Part shown: in pieces, positions 1 through 10,076 of the stretch | Layout of the letters: each line of letters opens with the position of its first letter | Position numbering within the stretch: position 1 is the stretch's first letter | From: an uncultured virus (IMG/VR IMGVR_UViG_3300044212_000089) | Taxonomy: Duplodnaviria; Heunggongvirae; Uroviricota; Caudoviricetes | Reading direction: 5' to 3' (one strand) | IMG/VR virus record: IMGVR_UViG_3300044212_000089 | DNA length: 64,000 bases | Position numbers and translations under genes: made by a program | Notes under the pieces: model-generated | Database searches by the model: none | The model's input: the letters and a program-made list of their open reading frames with translations, nothing else | Told to the model about the DNA's origin: nothing

Positions 1-1011
1 AGCATTCCCGTCGAGGGCAATGACCTGGCGAATATCTATGCGATGCGCGGCCGGGATTGGGCCATCAAGCTCAAGGCGGCCACGGTCAATCCGGACATCA
101 ACGACGTGGTGATTATCGGGGCGGGCTACATCGGCATTGAAGCCGCCGAGGTGTTCGTCAAGGCGGGCAAGCGCGTTACCGTCATCGAGATGCAGCCTAG
201 AGTGCTGGCCGCATATCTGGATTCCGAGTTCACCGATATCCTCGCCGACACGCTCAGCGAGCATGGCATCACGCCGGCCACCGGTCAGCGTGTGCAGCGT
301 TTCGAAGGTGCTGATGGCAAGATTGCGCGAGTCATCACCGATAAGGCAACATATCCGGCGGATCTGGTCATCGAGTCGGCCGGCGTGCGCGCCAACACCG
401 ATTGGCTTGACGGCGTGGTGGAACGCGACGAGCATGGATTGATCGTCGTGGACGATCATCAGGCGACGAGCGTGGCCGATATCTATGCGGTCGGCGACGC
501 CACCGAAGTCCGTTTCGCCCCGACCGGCGGCAAGGCGCATATCGCGCTGGCCACCAATGCTCGCAGGCAAGGCAGAATCGCCGCGCGGAACGCGCTCGGC
601 GAAGACGTATCGTTCACCCCGGTATCCGGTTCGTCGGCGCTGTCCATGTTCGAGTACAAGTTCGCTTCCACCGGCATCAAGGAGTACACGGCCTCGGATT
701 ACGGCGTCACCGCGAAATCCGTCTTCGTCGGAGACCTCTACCGTCCGCCATTCGTTCCTGACAGCGCAGGCAACGCCCCCGTCTACTTCAAGCTGACCTA
801 CGCGCCCGAAGACGGCCGTGTGCTCGGCGCCCAGATCATGAGCACCCAGAACGTCACCGCCAACATCAACGCAATCTCGCTCGCCATCCAGCTGCACGCA
901 ACCGTGCAAGACCTGGCCTACGCCGACTTCTTCTTCCAGCCAGGCCTCAACCGCCCTTGGAATGTCATCAACGTTGCCGCGCAGCAGGCGGCGCGAGGGA
1001 TTGGGAGGTGA
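1..1011 (+). CDS. nox: FAD-dependent NADH oxidase/peroxidase family protein (5' end outside window)
   Basis: GAGYIGxE NAD-binding motif, IYAVGDA, ALATNARRQG, and C-terminal ADFFFQP typical of Nox/Npx enzymes. Confidence 0.85.
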   Translation, partial: SIPVEGNDLANIYAMRGRDWAIKLKAATVNPDINDVVIIGAGYIGIEAAEVFVKAGKRVTVIEMQPRVLAAYLDSEFTDILADTLSEHGITPATGQRVQRFEGADGKIARVITDKATYPADLVIESAGVRANTDWLDGVVERDEHGLIVVDDHQATSVADIYAVGDATEVRFAPTGGKAHIALATNARRQGRIAARNALGEDVSFTPVSGSSALSMFEYKFASTGIKEYTASDYGVTAKSVFVGDLYRPPFVPDSAGNAPVYFKLTYAPEDGRVLGAQIMSTQNVTANINAISLAIQLHATVQDLAYADFFFQPGLNRPWNVINVAAQQAARGIGR

Positions 1012-1462
1012 GTTTGGGGTGGTTTGGGCAGTAAGATTAGTGCTGCCCTGTGCTGATGTTTGTCATTGCGTTTACGGGGAGACTGTGCTGTAGAGCGGTG
1101 TGCGTTGTGAACGTACGGTTTTGCCAAAATAGTAAGCGTAAAGACGCACCGCAAAATGATGACGCCGTGCTGTGTTGCTGGGGCCGACTGGGTTTGCCCT
1201 CGGTTCTGGAGACGCTGCGCGGCGCACTCGTTATGATGATGACTCGAGTATCGAGTTTGCGAATACAGGCGAATATTACCTATGGTATTGATTTCCCCAC
1301 CAAGAAAGAAATTGTTCAGCAGTCTCACCATTATGGCTTGGGTCGAAAGCGCAATCGTCTGAGACCATTACTCCATCTGTTGCTCCGGCCAGTGCAGCCA
1401 TGACGAAGCCATATCCAATGGTGTGATGTCAGCTGTGTATGGTTTCTGACTTGTTGTTTTGA

Positions 1463-2200
1463 TCAGTTGTCTAACGTGATTACGGATGGTTCTTGGAGTG
1501 ATGCCAACACCGGTATTGGTACAGTTGGGACACTCAAGTCGGGGTTTGAGAGATTTTTAGCTTGATCGTCGAAGAAGATATGAGGCCGAAGCTTGTTGAG
1601 GATTGGGGTTTTTATCAATTCCTCTGAGGAAGAAAGCGCCATCAACTGTTAATCCCCAGATTCCAAGATGTTCAGTGCACGTTCATCGGCAGGAGCGTTG
1701 CGCACGGTCACTAAGGAGACTTGTGGGCGAGGAGAGTCTTTTGCCTCTTGAGTTCTTAGCTGGGATTGTTCACCCTGCTGAATCGCATTGATGCTTCGTA
1801 AGAGCTTGGCAAGCGGTCTCACCGGAATTGGATCCTCCTTCGATTCCTTCTTGCGGTTCTGGTATATCTGGATTGCCTCAGCAGGATGGCTTTTTAAGGC
1901 TTCTTGATAGACCATATCTGATGAGCTGTCGGCTAGAACGCCGTCAAAATCGAATGCGATGTGTAGCTCATTGCCGGTATCGGAAAACAGATTATCGATG
2001 TGATGCACTAGATCGGCTGGGAATCCTGTGTTGCACAACACTGTTAACATCATTCCGATTTGCGGACAAAAAATAGTGCCACGTTGAATTCAGTACTTGT
2101 TATATCTTGTCTTGATGCCACGGGTGCCTTGCCTGCGGTAGTATGTGAGACGATTAAATACGTGGGTAGGCCGGACGCATGTTCTATCGGACCATACGTC
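1463..2200 (-). pseudogene. Frameshifted 5'-nucleotidase (HAD-type) remnant
   Basis: HIAFDFDGVLAD, RNAPADERAL and LRPHIFFDDQ lie in different frames; the linking WGLTVDGAFFLRGIDK segment is out of frame. 5' boundary approximate. Confidence 0.75.
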
Positions 2201-2222
2201 GAAAGGATGAAGGCAAAATTCA

Positions 2223-2915
2223 TTGAACAAGCAGCAGCTCGCATCGAAAATCTGGGAATCAGCCAACAAAATGCGCTCCACCATTGAAGCCAACGACTAT
2301 AAGGACTATATCCTTGGCTTCATGTTCTACAAGTATCTTTCCACAAAAGAACTGTCGTTCATGCGCGCCAACGGCGCAACAGACCAGGAGATACGTGGAG
2401 TTCTCAACGAGAAGGATGCTACCGTGGTGAATTATGTGCAGAGTAGCATTGGGTACTTCATTGCATACGATCACTTGTTCACCACATGGGTTTCCACGGG
2501 CAGCGATTTCGACATCGCTAACGTGCGTGACGCGCTTTCGGCCTTTTCCCGGCTCATCGGTAGGCAGCATAAGAAGGTCTTCGACGGCATTTTCGACACA
2601 TTGCAGACCGGGTTGTCGAAGCTGGGTACTTCCGCTGCGGCACAGACCAAGGCGGCACGTGACCTTATTTATCTTATTGATGACATCCCTATGGATGGCT
2701 CGGATGATTACGATGTGCTTGGCTTCATCTACGAATATCTCATCTCGAATTTCGCCGCGAACGCGGGCAAGAAGGCCGGAGAGTTTTATACGCCGCATGA
2801 GGTGTCGGTGCTGATGAGCCAGATTGTGGCGAACCATCTCAAAGACCGCGATCACATCGAGATATATGAAAACAAGACGCAAAATTGGATACCATTTAAC
2901 GTTGCCTGTGCCTAG
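2223..2915 (+). pseudogene. hsdM: Type I RM methyltransferase, N-terminal half, cut by the prophage at codon 216
   Basis: MNKQQLASKIWESAN, YKDYILG and GEFYTP present; ends IEIY just before the expected DPxxGSG motif, then 15 phage-derived codons. Confidence 0.9.
2845..2894. other. attL (core GA at 2868-2869; phage arm 2870-2894)
   Basis: Arm AAACAAGACGCAAAATTGGATACCA is an imperfect inverted repeat (16/25) of the arm at 59615-59639. Confidence 0.85.
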
Positions 2916-3025
2916 TGGTGTCGGTTTTGATTTAGAGGTGTCGCTTTGAATGTCGGCTGTTCTGGCTGGCTTTTTTATTTTAGCAAGGTTCTTTTCTAAA
3001 ATCTGAAAGAAAAGTGAAAAAGTGC

Positions 3026-3057
3026 TTGACGGGGACAAAGTCCCTACTTGCTATATT
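3026..3057 (+). promoter_or_regulatory. MerR-type promoter with dyad operator in the spacer
   Basis: TTGACG-20 bp-TATATT with GGGAC-aaa-GTCCC at 3032-3044, directly upstream of a MerR gene. Confidence 0.7.
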
Positions 3058-3081
3058 GAGATCAGAAAGGAGGTCGACGAT

Positions 3082-3771
3082 ATGAGGCCAAAGGAAATAC
3101 AGAAGAAGCTGGGAATCAATGCTGATCGGATTAAGCTGTTTAAAAGAGAAGGCGTCTTTACACCGGAGAATCCCCCTTCTGGGAATCGCGGGACAGATTA
3201 TACGGAGTCTGACTTCAAGAACCTTCAGTTTCTTGTGGTGCTTACCAAAATGGGTTTGACTTGTAGCGATATACGAAAAATGCAAGAAGGCGATTGCACA
3301 CTTGAAGAAGCAGTCAATTATCGTAAAAACCAGATAGAAGCCGATATGGAGAAGAAACGCAATGCACTGACATTGTTATCAGATCTGCTCCAGAATCAAG
3401 AACAATTTGAAACATTCCATACTGAGCACTATTGGGACATTATCACAGAGAGAGAATCCAAGGGCGAGGAATTTATCGACGTCGAGGATATGTATGGATA
3501 CAGTTCGGTGTCGCTTATTCGCACTGTCAAATGTCCGTATTGCGGAGATGAATCAGAGATTGATCTTGAGGATTATGAGACCGGTACAAGCAGCTACGAT
3601 AATGAAATAGGTATGGGCGAGGATATGGTGTATGAATTCGACACGGAAGATAATCTTGAATGCCTTAAGTGTGGTAGGAAATTTCGGATATCAGGCTGGA
3701 TCAGGGAATATCCAATGGGAGCTTACGATTCAGAAGATATCAAAGTTGATGAATTAGCAGATGATGACTGA
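3082..3771 (+). CDS. MerR-family regulator with C-terminal zinc ribbon
   Basis: N-terminal MerR-like HTH and coiled coil; CPYCG...CLKCG; RBS AAAGGAGG before ATG 3082. Confidence 0.75.
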   Translation: MRPKEIQKKLGINADRIKLFKREGVFTPENPPSGNRGTDYTESDFKNLQFLVVLTKMGLTCSDIRKMQEGDCTLEEAVNYRKNQIEADMEKKRNALTLLSDLLQNQEQFETFHTEHYWDIITERESKGEEFIDVEDMYGYSSVSLIRTVKCPYCGDESEIDLEDYETGTSSYDNEIGMGEDMVYEFDTEDNLECLKCGRKFRISGWIREYPMGAYDSEDIKVDELADDD

Positions 3772-3823
3772 TCAGCTCAAAATCATAGATGAGCAAATAT
3801 TAATGCAAAAGGAGGAACCGACT

Positions 3824-4444
3824 ATGGCAGTTGTACAAGAAGCATTTGACATTCCTGCTGATATCATGACCAAATTGTTGACTGGCGAATATCGTAGGAT
3901 CGGTGGAGTAGTAAGACATGCTGTCGGGCCGCGCAAGGGGCAGATTGTAAAGCATTTGGACCCTGTGGATTTGAAAGAAGCCGAGCAAGCGCAGAGTCTC
4001 GGGACACAGGCTATGAATTTTGCAAAGAAGAATAAGAGAGGATTGATCATCGGTGGCTTGATTACTGGCGCACTCGTAGTGGGTGGAGTTGTCTATCACG
4101 TGATAAAAAATCATGAACCAGCTGTTGTAGCTCATTTCAGAGAATCTTTGCGTACATATATTGACGAGATCAGGGTAGGGAACTTAGATATCGATACTAT
4201 AGAGACTTTGATGGCAGCATTGAATGAGTTGAAACATCATAAGAATTACGAGAAATTTAAATTCGAACTATCTACACAGGAGTTGGATGTCCTTGTAGGA
4301 AGGATTTATGAGTATACCATTAGATTAGCTGAAAATAACAAAGTCGAGCTTACAGAACAAGAACTCAGCAGGACAGACAATTCGATTTTGAACCTGCAGA
4401 ATTATTTACAAACACAAAAACGTATATTCGAAAAAGTGGCTTAA
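3824..4444 (+). CDS. Hypothetical protein with one hydrophobic segment
   Basis: AT-rich ORF; AGGAGG before ATG 3824 (alternative start 3761); GLIIGGLITGALVVGGVVY. Confidence 0.7.
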   Translation: MAVVQEAFDIPADIMTKLLTGEYRRIGGVVRHAVGPRKGQIVKHLDPVDLKEAEQAQSLGTQAMNFAKKNKRGLIIGGLITGALVVGGVVYHVIKNHEPAVVAHFRESLRTYIDEIRVGNLDIDTIETLMAALNELKHHKNYEKFKFELSTQELDVLVGRIYEYTIRLAENNKVELTEQELSRTDNSILNLQNYLQTQKRIFEKVA

Positions 4445-4449
4445 TGATT

Positions 4450-4485
4450 AGCGCCTCCCTCAATGTCTGAATTGAAGGAGGCGTT
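4450..4485. terminator. Hairpin between convergent genes
   Basis: AGCGCCTCCCTCAAT...ATTGAAGGAGGCGTT inverted repeat. Confidence 0.65.
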
Positions 4486-4502
4486 ATTCTAAGTATTTAC
4501 TG

Positions 4503-6086
4503 CTATGCTTTGATTTCCTGTCCGTTCCGGAAGGTCACGCGTATGTCGTCCTTGGCATGGACGGTGAGATGGTCGACCAGTCCGTTGAAGGCGTCGACGG
4601 AGAATTCCGTCAGGGTGCCGGGCGTTTTCTCGAATGCCTTGAGGAAGTCCTCGACACCGGCTTTCCGGGACTGCGTTTCCTGTATCCTGTCGCTCAGCTC
4701 AGTGATTTCCTTCTTGATCTTGTCGTACCGGGCGGAAAGGTCGTCGTAGCGTTTCTGGTAGTCGGTCTGGTCGAGCGCGGTGTGGGCGTTCTCCGTGATG
4801 TTCTGTTGGACGGCGTCGGCGACGATCTGCGCGTCCTCGATCAGACGCTCGCGTTTCTGCTCCATCTCGTTGGTCTGGAAGAGCAGTCCAAGCATCTCCT
4901 TGCCGTTGGAGATGACCTCGGCTTTCGAGGCGAGGAGCTTGTTCGCGGCTGACAGGAAGGCGGCCTTCACCTCGTCGTCCGTCAAGGCAGGTGTTCTGCA
5001 TTTCTCCCCGTGGTCGTACTTGTGGTTGCAGTGCCAGATGACCTTACGGTATTTGTCGTTCGAGTGCCAGACCTTCGAGCCGTAGAAGGAGCCGCACTCT
5101 CCGCACCGGATCTTGCTGGAGAACTGGTGTACGCCGCTGTGGTATTTCTTCCCCTTGCCGCGGTTCTCCATCTCGCGCTGGACCATGTCGAAGGTCTCCG
5201 GAGGGATGATGGCCTCGTGGTCGCCCTCCACGTAGTATTGCGGGATCTCGCCCTCGTTGACCTTCGTCTTCTTCGTCAGGTAGTCGACGGTGTAGGACTT
5301 CTGCAATAGGGCGTCGCCCTTGTATTTCTCGTTGGAGAGGATGGATCTGACGGTGCTGATGCTCCAATTGTTCTTGCCGCCCGGCGTCTTGATGCCGTCC
5401 GCGGCCAGCTTCTTGGCGATCCCGTTGTAGGTCATGCCCTGAAGGAACATTCGGTAAATGCGTTTCACGGTCTCGGCTTCCTTCTCGTTTAGGACGAGTT
5501 CCCCGTTCGGGCCGCGGTCGTATCCGAGGAACCGGTTGAACGGGACCGTCACCTTGCCGTCCGCGAAACGTTTCCGCTGGCCCCAGGTGCAGTTCTCCGA
5601 AATGCTGCGGGATTCCTCCTGCGCGAGGGAGCTCATGATCGTGATGAGAAGCTCGCCCTTGCCGTCGAACGTCCAGATGTTCTCCTTCTCAAAATAGCAC
5701 TCGACGCCATGATCCTTGAGCTTGCGGATCGTGGTCAGGCTGTCCACGGTGTTTCTGGCGAATCGGCTGACGGACTTGGTGACGATGAGGTCGATCTTTC
5801 CGTCGAGGGCGTCCTCGACCATGCTCTGGAAGCCAATACGCTTCTTGATGCCGGTTCCGCTGATTCCCTCGTCCGTGTAGACGTTCACGAACTCCCAGTC
5901 GTCACGGGATTTGATGTAGTTCGTGTAGTAGTCGATCTGCGCCTCGTAGCTGGTGAACTGGTCGTCATGGTCGGTCGAGACGCGGGCGTATCCGGCGACC
6001 CTGCGTTTTTTCTTCTCGGTGATGGGAGTGGAGGAAAAGCGCGTACGGGACGCCGGGATCGTGGTCACTTTCTTTTGCTGTCCCAA
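4503..6086 (-). CDS. Large serine recombinase
   Basis: YARVST catalytic motif, SRFARN, recombinase domain, CGECG zinc ribbon, coiled coil. Confidence 0.95.
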   Translation of the reverse strand: MGQQKKVTTIPASRTRFSSTPITEKKKRRVAGYARVSTDHDDQFTSYEAQIDYYTNYIKSRDDWEFVNVYTDEGISGTGIKKRIGFQSMVEDALDGKIDLIVTKSVSRFARNTVDSLTTIRKLKDHGVECYFEKENIWTFDGKGELLITIMSSLAQEESRSISENCTWGQRKRFADGKVTVPFNRFLGYDRGPNGELVLNEKEAETVKRIYRMFLQGMTYNGIAKKLAADGIKTPGGKNNWSISTVRSILSNEKYKGDALLQKSYTVDYLTKKTKVNEGEIPQYYVEGDHEAIIPPETFDMVQREMENRGKGKKYHSGVHQFSSKIRCGECGSFYGSKVWHSNDKYRKVIWHCNHKYDHGEKCRTPALTDDEVKAAFLSAANKLLASKAEVISNGKEMLGLLFQTNEMEQKRERLIEDAQIVADAVQQNITENAHTALDQTDYQKRYDDLSARYDKIKKEITELSDRIQETQSRKAGVEDFLKAFEKTPGTLTEFSVDAFNGLVDHLTVHAKDDIRVTFRNGQEIKA

Positions 6087-7858
6087 TGTTTCTCACTCCT
6101 TGTTTTCTTCGTACTTTCGCTGGTTTTCTGCCTGCGTTCCGGCGTGAGGCTATCCCGGATGGCTTTGGTCTGCTTTTCGCGGCGCTCGTCCGTCCATGGG
6201 ATGCCTTCCTTACGGAATTCGTAGTCGCGTTTGACAGTCGAGCCATCTTTGAGATGGAATGTAAGATGCGTCAGCCCACGGACCGAGATGAAGTCGATGC
6301 GTTCCTTGAATGCTTCCTCGCCGAATTCCTCAAGACCCAGCACCTGTGCGATGATTTCCTTCAGATGATCCTCACGCAGGCTTTTCCCGGGATGCGTTTT
6401 CTTGTCGGCGCATGACCAGTAGGCGTTTTTATGTCCGTCTGCCATGGTCGTGGTCTGCTTGCGGTAGTTGCAGTCGCATTCCTCGCATCGGATCTTCGTG
6501 GTGAAGCAGGTGATGTCGCTGCGGGTCGTCGGATGCCGTTTCCTGTATTCGGAGGCTCTTTTCCTGTGAGCGTCCGTCCAGCTTTCCTTTTTCGCGTTCC
6601 GGTACCAGTGGTGTTCAAGAGTGCTTCCGTCCGTGAACTCGAAGATCATGGTCCCGGCCTCGGGTATGGTGATCTGCTTCACGCGTTCACTGAAGGCATC
6701 CTCGTCGAATTCCGGTGTTCCGAGCATCCGGGCGCATTCCTCTTTCAGTACGTCCTCGCGGATGGTTCCGCTCTTGCAATACGGGCAGTTGTTCCTTTTA
6801 TGGGAGGTGCAGGCCCAGAAGGTATATTTCTCGCTGAGCAGGCTCATCTTTGCACGGTTTGTTCTTGTGGAACGGACGAAGCTCCGTCCGCACAGTCCGC
6901 ATTTGATTTTCGTGGAGAAGCAGTTGAGCGTGAGCGCTTTGTTGCCAAAGCAGCCGAGCTCCCTGCGCCGTGCCATCTCAGCCTGTACATAGTCGAATGT
7001 CTCTTTGTCGATGATGGCGGGATGCGTGTTCTCCACGTAGTATTGCTGCAGCTCGCCGTGGTTCTTCTTGACCTTTCCGGTGATGGGATCGGAGACGTAT
7101 TCCTTCTGGTAGAGCATGTTGCCGGTATAGGTGACGTTCGTGAGGATCAGCTTCAGGTTGGAATCCACCCAGCGGTAGCCGCCTCTGGTTTTGATGCCTT
7201 CGGCGGCGAACTCCTTCTCTGTTTCCTGCCGGGATTTCCCGTCAAGGAAGTTCTGGTAGATGCGTCGCACGATCGCGGCCTCCTCAGGGACGATGACCAT
7301 CTCGTCACCTTCCCAGCGGTAGCCGTACACGTTCATATGGCCGTTGGCGTATGGAATGCCTGCCTGCATGCGCTTTCGGATGCCCCATTTCACATTGGTG
7401 GAGATGCTCTCGGATTCGGATTGTGCGAACGAGGCGAGCAGTGTCATCATGACCTCGCCGTCGCCGGACAGCGAATTGATGTGTTCCTTCTCGAACCGAA
7501 CCTCGATGCCCAGGTCCTTGAGATGCCGGACGGTCTCCAGAAGGTCGACCGTGTTCCGGGCGAACCGCGATATGCTCTTGGTGAGGACGATGTCGATCTT
7601 CCCGGCCTCGCAGTCCTCGAGCATTCTCTGGAATTCCGGGCGTCTCGCCGTGCCGGTGCCGCTGATGCCTTCATCGGCGTAGACGCCTGCGTATCGCCAT
7701 TCCGGGTTCTTCTGGGTCAGCTCCGAGTAATAGCTTATCTGCGCGGAGAGGGAGTGGTGAAGCCGTTCGGTCTCCATGGACACGCGGGCGTATGCCGCCA
7801 CCTTTTTCCGCGCCGGAAGAGCCTTGACCTTTGGCTCTATCTTTGTGATTTTCGGCAT
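6065..7858 (-). CDS. Large serine recombinase with duplicated C-terminal zinc-ribbon module
   Basis: YARVSM, SRFARN; two CF(S/T)TKIxCxxC modules. Confidence 0.93.
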   Translation of the reverse strand: MPKITKIEPKVKALPARKKVAAYARVSMETERLHHSLSAQISYYSELTQKNPEWRYAGVYADEGISGTGTARRPEFQRMLEDCEAGKIDIVLTKSISRFARNTVDLLETVRHLKDLGIEVRFEKEHINSLSGDGEVMMTLLASFAQSESESISTNVKWGIRKRMQAGIPYANGHMNVYGYRWEGDEMVIVPEEAAIVRRIYQNFLDGKSRQETEKEFAAEGIKTRGGYRWVDSNLKLILTNVTYTGNMLYQKEYVSDPITGKVKKNHGELQQYYVENTHPAIIDKETFDYVQAEMARRRELGCFGNKALTLNCFSTKIKCGLCGRSFVRSTRTNRAKMSLLSEKYTFWACTSHKRNNCPYCKSGTIREDVLKEECARMLGTPEFDEDAFSERVKQITIPEAGTMIFEFTDGSTLEHHWYRNAKKESWTDAHRKRASEYRKRHPTTRSDITCFTTKIRCEECDCNYRKQTTTMADGHKNAYWSCADKKTHPGKSLREDHLKEIIAQVLGLEEFGEEAFKERIDFISVRGLTHLTFHLKDGSTVKRDYEFRKEGIPWTDERREKQTKAIRDSLTPERRQKTSESTKKTRSEKHWDSKRK

Positions 7859-7886
7859 GGTATCACTCCTTTCGTCTCGTCCATAT

Positions 7887-7913
7887 ATCACTCTGAAACA
7901 GACACATAGCAAG
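7887..7913 (-). promoter_or_regulatory. Repeated phage promoter-like motif, class A (CTTGCTA-N12-AGAGTGAT)
   Basis: One of four copies with identical boxes and spacing; upstream of the recombinases. Confidence 0.7.
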
Positions 7914-7915
7914 TG

Positions 7916-8080
7916 CTACCGGGGTGACAGTGTGCCGATCACCGGGCTGTATTTCTCGCGCATTCTGGCATCGATGACCGCGTATTCCTCCTCGGTGACG
8001 AGCCCCTGCCCCAGCATCGCGCGGAACATCTCCATGCTGGCCTGATAGAGTTTTTCGCGTTCGAACTGCTCGTCAGTCAT
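7916..8080 (-). CDS. Small SHOCT-like protein preceding the recombinases
   Basis: MTDEQFEREKLYQ...GLVTEEEY; start overlaps the upstream stop. Confidence 0.75.
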   Translation of the reverse strand: MTDEQFEREKLYQASMEMFRAMLGQGLVTEEEYAVIDARMREKYSPVIGTLSPR

Positions 8081-8495
8081 GCCCGTCACCCCCTTTGAAC
8101 CGGTCCTGGATGTAGCAGGCGTGGGAGCAGTACTTGCGGTGGCGGTTTCCATAGGCCGTGAAGGGTTTCCCGCAGCAGGCGCAGGTGAATGTGTAGAACG
8201 CCTTCCTGTTGATGTCGCCGGGGTGGCTGTTCCACCATCTGAGGCGGCAGGCGTCGGAGCAGAACCTCGCTTCCTTCCGACCGGGTCGCTGCGTGAGAGG
8301 TTTCCCGCAGCATTGGCAGTATGACTGGCCCGGCGTGTTTCCTCCATCGGGATCGGCGAGCCTTCCGGCGAGGTCGTTTCGTCTGCAGTAGGCCGATACC
8401 TGGCTTTTGGTGAGCCCGAGCGCACGGGCTATCGCGGCATATCCGTGTCCTTCTTTGCGGAGGCTGCGTATTTGTTCTTTTTGCTCTGTGTTCAT
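8073..8495 (-). CDS. HTH plus Cys-rich zinc-finger protein
   Basis: GYAAIARALGL HTH; CQCCG, FCSDAC, CACCG, YCSHAC; RBS GGAGG. Confidence 0.8.
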   Translation of the reverse strand: MNTEQKEQIRSLRKEGHGYAAIARALGLTKSQVSAYCRRNDLAGRLADPDGGNTPGQSYCQCCGKPLTQRPGRKEARFCSDACRLRWWNSHPGDINRKAFYTFTCACCGKPFTAYGNRHRKYCSHACYIQDRFKGGDGHD

Positions 8496-8550
8496 GAAAA
8501 CACCTCCCGTCGCTTTCCACTGGAGAAAGGGCCGGGGTGTGAGCGGAAAC

Positions 8551-8592
8551 AAAAAGGCCCGCAGGCATTCCGACGAGGGAACGCCTGCGGGC
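8551..8592 (-). terminator. Intrinsic terminator after lysin
   Basis: GCCCGCAGGC stem followed by a T-run on the minus strand. Confidence 0.75.
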
Positions 8593-8608
8593 GTACGGGT
8601 GTGGATGG

Positions 8609-9577
8609 TCATTTCACGCGGATCTTCCAGCCGACCTGGATGAGGTTCACGTTCCTGATGAGCGAGCTGTTGAGCTTCTGGATGGCAGAGACGCTTGTGC
8701 CGTACTTGCTTGCGATGGCCGAGAGCGTGTCGCCGCGCTTCACCGTGTGGTAGGCGGCGGATGGCTTGGCGGCGGATGCTCCTAGCTTCTCGTTGACCTT
8801 TGCCTGCACGGCGTTGTAGTCGTATCCGGCGGCGGTGAGCCTGTTCCTTCGGTCGTCTCCGTTTCCCCATTTCCCGGCGATCACCTCGGAGGCGATCTCG
8901 TCCACGGACTTCTTCGCGGGCGTTGCCGCCGGGGTGCCGCCGGTCGTCGTGCCTTTCGCGTATCCGTTGAAGCCGCCGTTCTTGATCGCAGACGGGTAGT
9001 CCACGTAGGACAGGTCCATGTCGACGTTTCCGCTGATGCCGCTTACGCGTCCAGTGGAGGAATACTGCCAGATGCCGTAGGATCCGGCGTACGTGCATTT
9101 CGAGGCGTACTGCGCGACCCAGTGGGTGTATGCGGTGAGCTTGGAGTCGTCCATCCTCTCGCGGAACCCGGAATTTGTGGAGCCGTAGATGCCGACGAAG
9201 TATCCGGCGGCCTCCATCGTCTCGCAGAAGGCGATCGCCGCCTCCGTGATCCCGGCCTTCGCCGAGGCGGGCTGCGCCTCGTTGTCCATGAAGACCGGGT
9301 ATTCGAGCTGCTTGCCTGTGAGGAGCTGGATGAACCTTTCGGCGTCCGCTTTCCCGGCGGTGGCGTTTACGCATTTCGGGCCGACGAAGTAGTAGGCCCC
9401 GACCGCGATGCCGTTCGTCTTTGCGTCCTTGTAGTTGGCCTCCCATTTGCTGTCCGTGTAGAATCCGTCATCCGAGCCTCCGGCCTTGATGATGGCGAAC
9501 TGGACGCCGGACGCCTTTGCCTTCGCCCAGTCGATGTTTCCCTGCCAGTGGCTTACGTCGATTCCTTTGATGGCCAT
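8609..9577 (-). CDS. Endolysin: GH25 muramidase, Cpl-7-like repeat and LysM
   Basis: GIDVSHWQG, VDMD; EVIAGKWGNGDDR; HTVKRGDTLSAIA. Confidence 0.93.
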   Translation of the reverse strand: MAIKGIDVSHWQGNIDWAKAKASGVQFAIIKAGGSDDGFYTDSKWEANYKDAKTNGIAVGAYYFVGPKCVNATAGKADAERFIQLLTGKQLEYPVFMDNEAQPASAKAGITEAAIAFCETMEAAGYFVGIYGSTNSGFRERMDDSKLTAYTHWVAQYASKCTYAGSYGIWQYSSTGRVSGISGNVDMDLSYVDYPSAIKNGGFNGYAKGTTTGGTPAATPAKKSVDEIASEVIAGKWGNGDDRRNRLTAAGYDYNAVQAKVNEKLGASAAKPSAAYHTVKRGDTLSAIASKYGTSVSAIQKLNSSLIRNVNLIQVGWKIRVK

Positions 9578-9578
9578 G

Positions 9579-9992
9579 TTATTGTTCCTCCTTGTCGTTT
9601 CTGTCGTGCAGTTGTTCCAGTGCGTTTTTGAGCTTCTCCGGTATCGGAAGGCCGAGGTGTGCGGCGTTCTCGGTGAGGGAGAGCCCTTCGTTCGAGATGT
9701 AGAAGAAGATGGCCGCCGTCCTCAGGACCCCTTCGTGGCCGAGCACGTGGATGTCGAGGATGTTGGCGATGCCGACCAGGATGAAGATCAGCATTTTGCG
9801 GTAGATCCCTTTGAATCCGACGGCGCTTGAGAGCTTCCTGTCGGAGATGGCGCACAGCACGCCGGTGATGTAGTCGCAGACCACGAAGATGATGAGCGCG
9901 ATGAGTAGCCCGTCGCAGCCTCCGAGGAAGTAGCCGAGCCATCCGCCGATTCCGGCGAAGATGAGCTGGATGATTGACCAGAATTCCTTCAT
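9579..9992 (-). CDS. Phage holin
   Basis: Hydrophobic segments, DYITG and NEGLSLTEN; directly upstream of the lysin. Confidence 0.9.
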   Translation of the reverse strand: MKEFWSIIQLIFAGIGGWLGYFLGGCDGLLIALIIFVVCDYITGVLCAISDRKLSSAVGFKGIYRKMLIFILVGIANILDIHVLGHEGVLRTAAIFFYISNEGLSLTENAAHLGLPIPEKLKNALEQLHDRNDKEEQ

Positions 9993-10020
9993 GTGTAGAC
10001 CTCCTTTGAAAATTGGCATG

Positions 10021-10052
10021 AAAAAAGGCCGTCCGCGCGGTCGCGGGCAGCC
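10021..10052 (-). terminator. Possible terminator between GH18 gene and holin
   Basis: GC-rich hairpin plus T6 on the minus strand. Confidence 0.55.
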
Positions 10053-10076
10053 ATGGGTGCTGGTATCCGTGTTCCG

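Noticed and set aside
1050..1403. 117-aa ORF after nox
   Set aside because: No RBS or motif; atypical composition.
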